Source: Vairimorpha necatrix (lineage: Eukaryota). Taken from it: a stretch of 64,000 bases of DNA. Location of the stretch: NCBI GenBank assembly GCA_036630325.1, contig CP142737.1, positions 682,001 through 746,000 of the forward strand, read 5' to 3'. The translations under genes and the position numbers were made by a program. This document shows, piece by piece, positions 12,301 through 25,300 of this stretch. The notes below the pieces were generated by a model. It made no database searches and was not told the DNA's origin. It saw only the letters and a list, made by a program, of their open reading frames with translations. How positions within the stretch are numbered: the first letter of the stretch is position 1; each line of letters starts with the position of its first letter.

Positions 12301-15300
12301 ATAAAACTAATAAAATGAAATAGAATATAACAACGTGTTCATATTTGTGAGACTACGATAATATCATGGGAATACGGAAATATAGCGTGAAGTACTTGAT
12401 TTTAATCTGGGTATTTATCAAAGGGGATTTAATATGTAACTTACATTCTTACATTGCTTTGTAAGTGGCCATCAAATTTTAAAATTCCAGAGTTGATTAA
12501 AAAAAATATACAATAAAACACACAGAAAAGCAAACAAGGCAATTAGATCCCGTAAACGATATAAGCTTTTGTTAAAGATATTTTCCCCGTGATTGTAATA
12601 CAAAATCAAAAAGGAACACGCCAACGAAGTAATAACAGATACTAAATTACAATTATTCGTATCACAATATCAAAGATGGAGAAGATGATTTTTTTTGTAT
12701 TAGACAAGTGATAATTTGAGAAATTAGAGATATTTGTTAAGATTTGAATAGTTCAAAATTAATATAAATGTTCTTATATAGTATAAACAACCCGCATTAT
12801 ATTAGAGATTTGAATATAAGACGCAATCTGTGGCAACATGATAAACCCCCTATCGCTGTTTCAACTCCCAAATTTATAATGATGGAATATGCTTCTATTT
12901 CTTTGAATCTAATGAAATTATCTAAGAATATACTTTCTAAGATTTTTAACATAAAAACAGAAAGATCAACATTTAAAAAACTAAGACACCTCTACTCTGT
13001 ATGTATTTATGTCGTTACTCGAACATATAATGGCCAATATGCCGAAGTGTTCTTTAGAATATTGTTGTTAACGGATAATTTTAATTATTCCGTTTGAATT
13101 CAACCCAGACACTATCGCGATTTGGGCAGGAGGAATGTAAAATCTTGTTTTGATGAGCTCCCGTCATATATTTGTATAAAACAGATAGATATTTAATAAA
13201 ATCGGTAGCAAAAACTGACAATCTGTGTAAAGGCAAGAAAGCTATTCATTGCAGCAATAATGTTGGGCTTAATATAGAATACAATAACAGTAAACGTTTT
13301 AATAAAAATCATAACTATTACTTTTGATCGACATTCATAAAAATGCAACAGCCAAGAGACTACAATGCAATTGTGAGAAAGAGAACCCTTTCCTTGCAAA
13401 AAAACCTTCATTACTATTAAATGCCAAATTTAATGTTAGTATATGAAAAGGGCTGTGACATATCTTTTTTTCAAATGTAATTATATGCAATCATCTTGTT
13501 TACAAGGCTACAAATAATTTTTATTTAAACGATTTTGTATGTTTTTACAACTTTTACTTTAAATTCTTATGGGTATTCTGCCACAATTTTTTTATAAAAT
13601 ATTTGTACTTCATTTTCGGCAAATATCACTTATATTTTTTTATAATCCTTTCATTAGTTTGTTTCAACTTTTATGATTGCATGTTCGCATAAATATTAGT
13701 GCATAAATCAATATGCCCTACGTATTTTTAACATATTGAACAAAATCAGTCCTACAGAAATATTCTAAATATCTATGTATTCACCAAAAACAAAAAATCA
13801 ATAAATTATTGAATATTCTTATTCGATCATACAACTATACCTAAACATAAATAAAGCAGGCATAATTTACAATATATACTATATGTAAAATCTTTTTCTT
13901 TGGGAACAATTCATTGAACTTTGAATTGAACCTAAAAAAACTAGCACACTAATAAAACATCTTGTGCAAATAAGTTAATATATAATTAAGTCATGTTTAA
14001 AAATTAATTACATTATGTAATTCACCTTTAAAACAGACATAAAGGTATTATAGTATGCTTTTGGGGTTTTAACTTGTGTTTCGACTCTATGCTTCAAATA
14101 TTTACTTTGTTGTTTTTGTTTTCATGTAATTTTTTACTGTTTTGTAATTTTAGAATCAAAAATCAAAGACAATAATTAATTCTGTTTAAGTGTACACGAT
14201 CATAGTTTTTTGAAATTCTTTTACAAGAATATTTAAGTATCATTTTTTTTTTTTGCAATCCATCCTAATTTAACTAGCAAAAAAAACCTCGATTTTTATA
14301 TTAGAAGAACCCCCAGATTCCATTTTTTTCTATTATCATTCAGGAAATAATGTAAAACAAATTGATAGATAACTATATTGTAAAAGAAGGTACGATATTC
14401 TTAATTTTGTAATATTTATGAGATACAGCCCTTACTTTTTTATTAGCTCTTGAAAAATACATATATAATTTTTTATCCTGTGTAAGGTGTGAAACTAATT
14501 TCTGCAATATCATGCATTTATTGGCTTAATTATGTTTTTTTAGTACTTATAAAGAATTATGATATAGAAATGGGCCAAATAAACTCTTACGGCATTTTTA
14601 TTATTATCTATGAAGCACGTTGGTGAATTATACTTAACAAACAGCCCCTTGTAAAATAATTACAGATGAGTGTAATGATACGTAAAAATGAAGCACTGAA
14701 AAGAAAAATTCGTCATATTAAAAACAATAGGCAGGAGGAATTATGTGGATAATATCGATATTTAAATGATTTTGAAATAAGGCTCGAATGTTTTAAAGAA
14801 ATGCAATATTTGAAGGTCTACATAACAGTTACAAAAAATAATTATTGGTGCCATTACTAAAGGCTTATTCGTAGTTAGCTGCTATTTCTTGGATGTACAA
14901 GAAAATAAATGAAAGACATTATGTACGATATTGAGTATTTGTTTGGAAAAAAACATAATTTTTGAGCTATAACTACATCTAACGTTCCACAAGAATATCA
15001 CATAAATATATGATGATCTAAAATATCACGGAAAATAGTTTTTATGAGTCCTAAATTTTTGATGAGTTTGTTTTAAATAAAAGAAATTCAATTACTCTAA
15101 TTTGAAAAATGAATTGGAAATTGATTTTAAACATTAAGGGGGAAAAAGATAATTATTCAAAGACATAAACTGGATAAATTTTGAAAATCTAATACAGAAA
15201 AAAAGCAACTTTCATAAATCCGCATAAGTTGATTTTTTATATTTAAGAATAGTTCTAAAGTTTTCTAGGCTACCAACGACGCATAAAGAGATAATCTGAT

Positions 15301-15569
15301 ATACATGAGAAATTGAAAAAACAAGACATATCTTAATATGAACTGGTTCAGATTTCATTTGTAGTATACATTGCATCATATAATAGCCTCATGCTTTTAC
15401 CGTGTCATGAACATTGATATCTAGACTCTGGCCCTTTCATAATTTTTAATAATTTTTTTCTTTTTATATTTTTTAAATTCATGGAACGTTCGTTAAACAA
15501 CAAAGTCCTCGAAAAAAACCACTTAACAAAATTTTTAATTATACTTTTAAAACTAAATTACCAAAAAAT

Positions 15570-15870
15570 AAATAAAAATAAAAATGTTTATTGTAAAAGA
15601 GACGGAATTGTAAAAAATAAAATTATAATATTTATGCAAAAAAGACACAATCAGCTAAGAAAGAAAAGCTCCGAGTAGATAAAAACTTATCCTAAAAAAG
15701 AAAAATCATTAATAATTGCATTATATGCCAGCATGCCTTCACGGCCTCTCCTGTAGTCAAAAGTTATTCCCGTGGTCTGTAATCCTAAAAATAAAATAAA
15801 AATTTAAAGTGTAAAAAACCGAATTAGCAAAGACAAGAAAACCCACCGGACATTAAAAATTCATGTTTTT
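15570..15870 (-). repeat. Diverged older copies of the rDNA-downstream repeat 3' end
   Basis: aaaatgtttattgtaaaagagacggaat, aaagacacaatcagc..gccagcatgccttcacggcctc and gtgtaaaaaaccgaattagcaaa align loosely with the 16815-18665 units. Confidence 0.7.
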
Positions 15871-16549
15871 CTTTGCTTGTAAGAGGTAGATATAAACCAT
15901 GCCCTGGACCAGAATTATTTGAGTGTGACCCTTTCAGAACGGTGACGTTTGATTCTTGTTCACTATACATCCCATATACATGTCGGTGTAGCAATCTCCG
16001 CCGTAACCATTAGACTTGGCTTTAGGAGAATGATTCATTTAAGCCTCAAATCGCGTCTTGAATGACCTTTCGGTGAAAAACTTAAAGGAAAATATTTTAA
16101 TAACTTGAATGGAGACATTGTCGTACAAGCTTAAAGGTGTATACAATTATCTGTATCCGCACACGCCTCCTATACTCCGTCACATTGCCAGCTCAGCATT
16201 TTATTGGGCTCCGTTGAACATTAGTCTTTACTACTTTTGGTCCCGTGTTACAGAATACGATAGAATGGGGTTCGGGGTAAGATTTTGCTCCACTTCGTTA
16301 AACTTTTAGGTTTACTTTGGAAACACATTTTAGATGCACCTGCCATAGTCCAAACTAGACTATGCGTTGCAGATATTTTTATGTATTGATACTTTATCAC
16401 AAGCGTAATGTTGTTTTTGGTCGTAAGATTGTTTCAACACATGATTATTATCTCCTTATTGCTATAAGCATTTAATTTCATTAAATAAATTAATTGTTGT
16501 CGTGTACATTTTCTAAATCCCGACTGTTCCAACTGCATCATATTAAACC

Positions 16550-16621
16550 CCTTAAAGCCACATGTATTCGAACCTGACACGTCAATGGCGAGCTCCGCCT
16601 CTGACCACTAAACTAAAGCTC
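16550..16621 (-). pseudogene. tRNA-like remnant or tRNA-derived SINE head
   Basis: A-box-like TAGTTTAGTGG (16605-16615) and B-box-like GGTTCGAATAC (16564-16574), 30 nt apart; cloverleaf poorly paired. Confidence 0.4.
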
Positions 16622-16814
16622 TTTTAAAGATAAAATACTTTGTTGCTTCTTATTTCATTTTATTCAATCTTCACTTTATGTTATACACTTAAAGACAATA
16701 TTAACATCTGTTTCTATTAAAATGCTCTGTATCTATCTGTGTTATTAATTTAAAATTTAGTTTAATAGACAAATACACATATGCCTGCATTTTTTATTAA
16801 TTCAAAATATGAGA

Positions 16815-18665
16815 TAAAATAAAAAATAAAAATGTTTATTGTAAAAAGACAGAATCAGCAAAACGAAGAAAAGCCACCAAGCCACCAAAAACTCCACCAA
16901 CCAGAAAAACATCAATAATTGCGTTTACACGCCAGCATACCTCAACGACCTCGCTTGTGGGAGAAAAATTTGTTCCCGTAAGTAACAGATCCTTAGTCAT
17001 TTCTGACTAAAAAAAAAAAAAAAAAAATTAAAATAAAATTATTTATTGTAAAAAGACAGAATCAGCAAAACGAAGAAAAGCCACCAAGCCACCAAGCCAC
17101 CAAAAACTCCACTAATAAAAAAAAAATCATCAATAAGTGCGCTTACACGCCAGCATACCTTAACGGCCTCGCTTGTAGGAGAAAAGTTTGTTCCCATAGG
17201 ATACATCCTTAGTCATAATATGACTAGAGACCCACTTTCATGGGTAAAAAATTAAAATTGTTTATTGTAAAAAAGACAGAATCAGCAAAACGAAGAAAAG
17301 TCACCAAGCCACCAAAAACTCCACCAACCAGAAAAACATCAATAATTGCGATTACGCGCCAGCATACCTCAACGGCCTTGCTTGTAGGAGAAAAATTTGT
17401 TCCCGTAGGTAACAGATCCTTAGTCATCTCTGACTACATATTTCGCGGACCTGACGAAAACACAACGCCTGGTTCAATACACCATTTAAGAACACGACTC
17501 AGTTCAGCGGAACAATACAGCTTCAGTATCATGCAGCATCTCCCAGGTTAAAAATATGAAGAATGACTCGAAAGTTAACGGTGTCCTTCTCGCCAGCAAT
17601 GGGTCTCCCACCCCTAGAGTATAGCTGGCCCTACTTACCAACCAGCAGCCGAAGGTTGGTAAGACTTAGAGATCTGCACCAAAAAATAAAAAAAATAAAA
17701 TTGTTTATTGTAAAAAAAAGACAGAATCAGCAAAACGAAGAAAAGCCTCCAAGCCACCAAAAACTCCACTAATAAAGAAAAAATCATCAATAAGTGCGCT
17801 TACACGCCAGCATACCATAACGGCCTCGCTTGTAGGAGAAAAGTTTGTTCCCATAGGATACATCCTTAGTCATAATATGACTAGAGACCCACTTTCATGG
17901 GTAAAAAATTAAAATTGTTTATTGTAAAAAAGACAGAATCAGCAAAACGAAGAAAAGTCACCAAGCCACCAAAAACTCCACCAACCAGAAAAACATCAAT
18001 AATTGCGATTACACGCCAGCATACCTCAACGGCCTTGCTTGTAGGAGAAAAATTTGTTCCCGTAGGTAACAGATCCTTAGTCATCTCTGACTACATATTT
18101 CGCGGACCTGACGAAAACACAACGCCTGGTTCAATACACCATTTAAGAACACGACTCAGTTCAGCGGAACAATACAGCTTCAGTATCATGCAGCATCTCC
18201 CAGGTTAAAAATATGAAGAATGACTCGAAAGTTAACGGTGTCCTTCTCGCCAGCAATGGGTCTCCCACCCCTAGAGTATAGCTGACCCTACTTACCAACC
18301 AGCAGCCGAAGGTTGGTAAGACTTAGAGATCTGCACCAAAAAATAAAAAAAATAAAATTGTTTATTGTAAAAAAAAGACAGAATCAGCAAAACGAAGAAA
18401 AGCCTCCAAGCCACCAAAAACTCCACTAATAAAGAAAAAATCATCAATAAGTGCGCTTACACGCCAGCATACCTTAACGGCCTCGCTTGTAGGAGAAAAG
18501 TTTGTTCCCATAGGATACATCCTTAGTCATAATATGACTAGAGACCCACTTTCATGGGTCTGATGAAAAACGAAAACGCCTGGCTCAATACACCATTTAA
18601 GAACACGACTCAGTTCAGCGGAACAATACAGCATCAGTATCATGCCCGACCTCTCCCAGGTCAAA
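16815..18665 (-). repeat. Tandem array of six units of two subtypes (A/B), includes a 657-bp higher-order repeat
   Basis: Units ~16815-17008, 17009-17244, 17245-17680, 17681-17901, 17902-18337, 18338-18665. Each begins on + with an A-tract then TGTTTATTGTAAAAAGACAGAATCAGC and ends at variable points. Confidence 0.95.
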
Positions 18666-19125
18666 TATATTTATTATATAAGTTTTCTTGTTAATAAATC
18701 AACGTCTCTTTCTTCTATTTCTAGATCTTCATTTTTTTAATTATTCTATATTAATTACCTTGTTTCGTTATCTCCTTAAGTTTCTTTTCAAATATAATTC
18801 TTCTAGAGACAACCATTCTATCTAAGAACTCTATAGTCCAACAAAGTTCTTTTATCTTATCTGGGTTATTTTTTAGTCCGATTTTATTACCAAGGAGTTG
18901 TTTGGTTTTTTCTCGGATATTTGTTTTTGAACAAGTCAGTAGAGGCAGTTTATTTTCAAAAGATGTTCTAATGTCAGTAAAACAGACGCACTCCAACAGA
19001 AAGTGTTCTAAATTTTCTTGTGGCCCATCACACAAAAAGCATTTGTTTCTATAACTCATTGTTGTGACATTCTCATGTCATTGTTTACTTTATATTTTTA
19101 TTATTAAATACCCCTTAACTTGGAT

Positions 19126-19755
19126 ATGTCTAACATGGTGGAGAATATTTCAAAACAAGACATAGTGAAGTTACTGGCTGATCTCACCATACAAATAACT
19201 GGTAAAGATCTGGAAGCCACTTTAAAAAAACTAGAAAGAAAGAAAGTTTTCAAATCCTTAACGGATGAAGAAAAAATTGAGGAAATTTTGGACAAAGCAG
19301 ATGTGGCTATAATCGAAGCCCATGAACGTTTAGAAAGGGATAAAAAACTAAGAAAGATTTCTTACGAAGCATGGAAGGAAATTATGTTTTCCATTTTTAA
19401 CAAAAAAATATCTAAAAGAGAATTCTTGAGAGAATTCCAGAAAAAGGAAGAAACCTGTCATGAATTTTTTATAAGGATGAGAAAATTGGGAGAGGCTATT
19501 ATTGATGATGATGAGCTTATATTAGAGATTAGTTACCTCGGATTGAGGAAGTTGAGAGAGGAGTGTGAACAAGCAACACTTAAGTTTAAAAAAATTGATG
19601 AAGAATTCCTAGATACTATAAGGAAAATGGAGGTAATTAAGAGAGAAGCTTATTTCAGAAGACTAAATACAAAACCAAGCGGCGCAACGAGAACAGACCA
19701 AAAAAGACAGCTGAATAACGTCGAACGGTCGATGAAATTATTAAAGAAAATTTAG
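19126..19755 (+). CDS. Gag-like protein; first ATG lies inside the 5' LTR
   Basis: ORF upstream of pol, QKKEETCHEFFIRMRKL gag-like motif; ATG at 19126 follows a CCCC motif. Confidence 0.8.
   Translation: MSNMVENISKQDIVKLLADLTIQITGKDLEATLKKLERKKVFKSLTDEEKIEEILDKADVAIIEAHERLERDKKLRKISYEAWKEIMFSIFNKKISKREFLREFQKKEETCHEFFIRMRKLGEAIIDDDELILEISYLGLRKLREECEQATLKFKKIDEEFLDTIRKMEVIKREAYFRRLNTKPSGATRTDQKRQLNNVERSMKLLKKI
19136..19146 (+). promoter_or_regulatory. Primer-binding site, probably tRNA-Ala
   Basis: TGGTGGAGAAT directly after the LTR is complementary to ...AUUCUCCACCA, the typical eukaryotic tRNA-Ala 3' end. Confidence 0.7.
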
Positions 19756-22346
19756 TTTATATCAAGGGTCTTCAGTTTAGGGCTATTTTTGATACAGGAT
19801 CGGAATATAGTTTTATAACAAAACCGATACAAGCACTCTTGCAGATTAGAGCATCTTTTTTGAAAACGCCGATAACTTTATACACCTGCCTATTAGAAGA
19901 GTTTACGATAGATAAATATGTGGAAATAGAATTTGAGCACAGCAAAGAACGCTACAAAGAGAAGTTTTATATTTTACCAAAGCGGAATGATAAGACGGTG
20001 ATAATAGGACGTAAATGGATGAGAACACCAAAGACCTTAAATCCTATCAGTGTAGTAACCGATTTTAATGAAGAAATAAATAAATTATGTGCGTGGAAGA
20101 ACGAAGGAATAAAGGGATTTGAATGTAATATAGATACTGAGGATGGTAAAAAGGTTGTAGATAAGTCATACCGAATACCCCAAGCATGGGAAGGGAAAAT
20201 TGAAAAAGAAATACAGAGATTATTATCCAACAACTATATTAGAGAATCTCACTCTACGTGGTTAAATAACGTTAGACCCGTCGAAAAAAAAGATGGAAGT
20301 ATAAGGCTTACAATAAATTTAATCAAACTGAACAAAATAGTGGCTCTAGATAGTTATACGCTACCAAGGATAGAAGAGCTTATTTACCGCCTGGGAAAAA
20401 GCAGATATTTTACTAAGATAGATTTGAAGGAGGCATTCTTTCAGGTAAAGCTAAAAGAGGACGACATGATGAAAACGGCTTTCAGGATAAAAAACAGGAC
20501 ATATGAATACACTAGGATGCCTATGGGGTTCAAGAACTCCCCAGCAATATTTCAAAGAATAGTTGATAAAGTTCTTAAGCAAGAAATTGGGAGATGTTGT
20601 TTCGCCTATGTGGATGATATTCTAATTTATACTGAAACAATTGAAGAGCATAAAAAGGCTGTGGGAAGAGTTTGTAAACTACTTAACAACGCAGGATTCT
20701 CAGCAAACAGGGAAAAAATGGAAATAATGAAAAAAGAGATAAATTTTTTAGGTCACAATATAACATATAATAAGATAACTCCATTGACAGATAATACTGA
20801 AGGTATAAAAAAATATACAACCCCGAGGAATGTAGATGAGGTACGAAAATTTTTAGGCATTGTTAATTATTACAGAAAATTTATAAAGGATTGCGCAGAG
20901 ATATGCTACCCACTAGTGATATTATTAAAAAAGAAACAACCGTTCATTTGGGAAAAAGAGCAAGAAACGGCATTTCAAACTTTGAAAGATGCATTAATAT
21001 CGGATTTATGCTTGTATCAACCTGACTTTACACGAGACTTTGTTTTAACAACAGACGCATCGAACACGGGATTAGGTGCCGTACTTAGCCAGGAAATAGA
21101 CGGGCAAGAAAGGCCAATTGCCTTCGCCTCAAGGCAATTACGGCAGGCTGAAGGAAATTATACGATCACAGAAAAGGAAATGTTAGCCACACTTTGGGCA
21201 ATGGAACATTTTAAATATTTCCTCCTCGGAAGGAAATTTACAATTTACACGGATCATAAGGCACTGGAAGCCTTAAACTGTAAGGGAGAGATAAATTCTC
21301 CTAGGATAATAAGATGGATAGAACGATTACAGATGTACGATTTTATAATACGATACAAAACACCTACCGATTTGGAGCACGTTGATGCTCTCTCGAGGCA
21401 TTACGGGACAATAAATGTTATTGAAGAAAAGGAAATTGTTGATATGATCATGAAGGTACACGAAAAATTAGTTCATAGAGGCGCAAAAGCTACTCATGAA
21501 CAAATAAATAAAGAACAATGTAATCAAAGTATAACACTAAAGAAGGTAGGAGATGTTTTAAAAAGATGTTATAAATGCAAAGAGTATAATCCGGCGAGAA
21601 TTAAAGGATTCAGGCATGTGGAAGCATTTGAACCCGGAGAAAAAGTCGCTTTTGACATCATAGGACCGATAGAAGATAGATTTATATTCACGGCTATAGA
21701 CTATTTCTCAAGATTCGCATTTGCAAAAGTATTCAAGACGAAAAGTAGTGATAACATATTGATGTTTTTGGAAATTGTACACAAAAAGGTGAATATACAG
21801 ACACTGATATCAGACGGCGCAAAAGAAAATATAAGTAAAAAGATACGAAATTGGTCATTAGAGAATAAAATAAGACAACATATTACCTCGCCCTACCATC
21901 ATTGTTCAAATGGTAGAATAGAGAGATTTAATAGAACTGTGGGCGAAGGAATAAATAAGCAGGATAAGAGCACCAGACTGTCTAAAAGAGTCGATAAGAT
22001 GATTAAGGCGTATAATTGTATAAGTCATAGAGCAACGGGGATGCCCCCAATAGAAGCATTAGATCTAGAAAATATCCCAGAAGTTAAAAGGAAACATTTT
22101 GAAAACCGAATAAATAGATACAAGAGTTTATTCAAGAAACCTAAATATAAAAAGTTAGAACTTAGAGATTTGTTCATTATACAAGACCATATACACAAAT
22201 ACAAAGGACAACCAAAGTTTGTAGGAACAGGAGAAGTTATAGGCATTTTGACTAACGATACATATGAAATCAATAGTAAAGGGAAAATAAGTAAAAGGCA
22301 CGCTACGCAGCTGAAAAAAATCGACGAAGACGATTATTTCTTATAG
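19720..22346 (+). CDS. Pol (PR-RT-RH-IN), uninterrupted, in the -1 frame relative to gag
   Basis: Frame is open from ~19720 with IFDTGS protease upstream of the listed ORF start; YVDDIL, TDASNTG, HEKLVHRG..CYKC, DYFSR, SDGAKE. Confidence 0.93.
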
Positions 22347-25300
22347 AGGGAGGGATGTTGTGACATTCTCATGTCATTGTTTACTTTATATTTTTATTAT
22401 TAAATACCCCTTAACTTGGATATGTCTAACACTCATTGGTATTCTTTTTGAATATGCTATTGCTGAGGACCACTTTACTAGATTACATCTCAATCTAGTA
22501 TATGTTCTAATTTTTCTATTGTTTATTTTGTTCATGACATATTTTATTTGTGAATTTCTTATGTCATATTGGTTTGCTATTGATGCAGCTAAAGAAGTAT
22601 TTAGAGTTCTTCGACTTCTTAGTACATCAATTATTTTTGTAGTGATAAATCTACTATCACTTGATTCATAATCGTTGCCGACAAATCGTTTTAACCATCT
22701 TTTGTTCTTGAACACCAGGAAGTTTTTCTTTCTTTCGGATTAATTGAAATTATATCCAATATGATTGTCTTATTGTGTTTCCACTTGTTGTATGCTCTAA
22801 ATCTACTTAGAGCTGCTTGTATATGAATTCGTTCGATACTGAACTCGTCCATTACTCTATCTAGTGGAACTAATACTCTTTTGAATATCATTCTGATAGA
22901 TTTTCTTAAGATCCTGTTAATCTTACCTGCTCTTGTACTTGACATTCCCCACAATTCACTGCCATACATTAATGTGGGTACTAGTACACATTTTATTAAG
23001 ATCGCCTTGAAGTAGAGATTGATGCTGCTATTCATCAACTTGGGCATCACTGCGTCTAAGGCTTTCTTGCCACGCATTGCTGCGTCTTTGACCAAGTGTT
23101 CTTCTAGCGTGTTTCTTTTAATTAAGACACCTAGATATCTGTATTCAGTGACTTCCTCAATCACACCAAAGTCTGTACTGAGAGAATACAAACTTCGGAA
23201 TTCTTGTATGTTAGAATGAGCATTCCATTCTAATATTCCGCTTTTTGTGCAGTTAATCTTCATTCTGTTATTAACCGCCCAATTAGAAATTCTATTGATC
23301 TTATTATTAAGATCATCAATGTTGTTTCCGAAGACAACAATATCATCTGCGAACATCAGTCCCGGAACTCTAGTATTTGGTCTTGGGATCAAAACTCCTT
23401 CTCTGCCGTCAAAAATATCATTGATGAATATATTGAATAGCATTGGAGAACAAGGGCACCCTTGTCTCACTCCTTTTTTGTAGCTATAACCACTTGACGT
23501 GTCACCACCAATTTTCACACGCATGGTGGTATATTTATAAATATCCTTTATTGTATTGATTAAATACAATGGGATATTAAGTTTTGTAAGCTTCTCAAAT
23601 AATAAGTCATGACTTACATTATCATAAGCTTTTTCAAAGTCAATGAAACACATTATTGTGTTCAGGCCTCCGAATTCTCTTCTTCTCACTATTTCTAGTA
23701 AAGATGTAATCTGATTCATACACTCTTCACCTGCTCGGAATCCTGCTTGGTATCTAGAGAGTATATCTTGTTCTTCGACAAATTGAGTTAACCTGTCATT
23801 TATTATCTTGAGATAGATCTTACTAATTGTGTTAATTAAAGAGATTCCCCTATAATTATTCAGATCTGTCTCATCTCCTTTTTTGTGAAGGCAAATTATG
23901 TTTGCCATGCTCCAATATTCAGGAGTACTATTTCCACAAATATATTTATTAAATTCATGTAGCACGAATTTAAAGAATTTATCTTCTACTGCTCTAGTCA
24001 GTAAGTGTTTGTATAGCTCGGTTGGAATCTCATCAGGACCGGCTGCTTTGTTATTTCCACATTTCTTCAGTGCGGATAGAAATTCTTCATCTGTTATCTC
24101 TGGGGGAAGATCAACAAGATCTACTTTATCATAGACATTGACATCTATATCATTCTCTGACGCCAATTCGGCGTAAAATTTATTCGCTATTTCTAGCTTT
24201 TTTGCTCGGCAAGTCTGAAGAAGCTTATTGTGGTCAATTAGAGCCACTTGATCCAAACGAATGGAAACACTTCTATTTTTCAGCCATTGCAGAATTCTCG
24301 GGATCTGTTACTTTTAAAGAGCTTTATTCCTCTTAAAGCCCAAAGTTTCGATCTATCTTTGCGAATCAACTTTTTAGTTTCGTCAACTCTCTTTTTGAGA
24401 TATTCGAATCTAATTGAGTTGATTTCATTGTAATTTTTCATAACAGCTCTTGCTGCTAGACGTTTTTCTTTGAAGACTTTTAAATATCTCCATCTCATTG
24501 TAAGTCCAGTATGGACTCTTCTCTTTTTGTAAATCTTCAAAGATGTACAAACTTTTTGAATAATCTCAGGAAGATTATTCATGTTTAATTGTTGATTACA
24601 CAACTTCTTTTTAAGCTTTTTAATCACTTTTGGATTTTCCAGCATCTTCTTATCATAAACTAGTTGATCTGAGATCTTATCAACGGCAAGTTTAATTTTT
24701 CTTTTGAGCACTAAGTGATCACTTAATACCCAAGACTTGGATATAATGATCTTCTCATTATCATTACTTTTTAGTCGAAAGATGGTATCAGTTTTCCTCT
24801 TAGATCTTTTACCATCTTTGAGGATCCTTGTACCATCGTTGCTGTTATATTTTATTGTAACTGGCAAACCAACTACATTTAGTTTTTTCTTGAGACTAGA
24901 ACTCTGCATATTCATATCTCCCATCACTATGATCTCACTATAGTTATTTCTGAAATTCTCTTTTTCTAAGAGAAATAATAATCTGGCCAAGACTTCTCTC
25001 TTGAGATCCTTGTCTTGTGGTACGTAGACATTTAAGATTAGATACTTAATCCAATTGCCTGCTGACCTAAACTCAACTTCAGTTTGCAGAATATTTGAGT
25101 CGGTGCCTTTTTTGGAACATCTGATTGCTCCATTATTTCTAACCAGAGTTATTAATCCTGGTTTATTTTTCCCACCACTAGGTGTTTCAACTGTAGCGTA
25201 TTTTTCAAGTTTCAAAGGTCTTGTAGATTGTCTCCAAGTTTCTTGTAAACACAAAATTTCTGGTTTCTCCTTCTTAAGAAAAAACTCAAGTTCTTCTCTC

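Larger units (their letters stand above)
19060..22431 (+). mobile_element. Compact Ty3/gypsy LTR retrotransposon (3372 bp), young
   Basis: Identical 76-bp LTRs 19060-19135 and 22356-22431 (TGT..ACA); 5-bp TSD ctcat; PBS tggtggagaat 19136-19146; PPT agagggaggga 22345-22355. Confidence 0.97.

Noticed and set aside
9320-15500. Short ORFs in the AT-rich interval
   Set aside because: No recognisable domains; possibly decayed genes but unsupported
17224-18208. Short repeated ORFs (KKTESAKRRK...) as a gene family
   Set aside because: Starts and frames depend on A-tract length and junctions; not preserved among units
18560-18575. CTGATGA..GAAA as a hammerhead core (also at ~36096)
   Set aside because: No helix II (aaaac), no convincing helix III or cleavage triplet, and not kept in subtype A
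16815-18665. Repeat array as a CRISPR array
   Set aside because: Units are 80-450 bp with no unique spacers, no cas genes, and the context is eukaryotic
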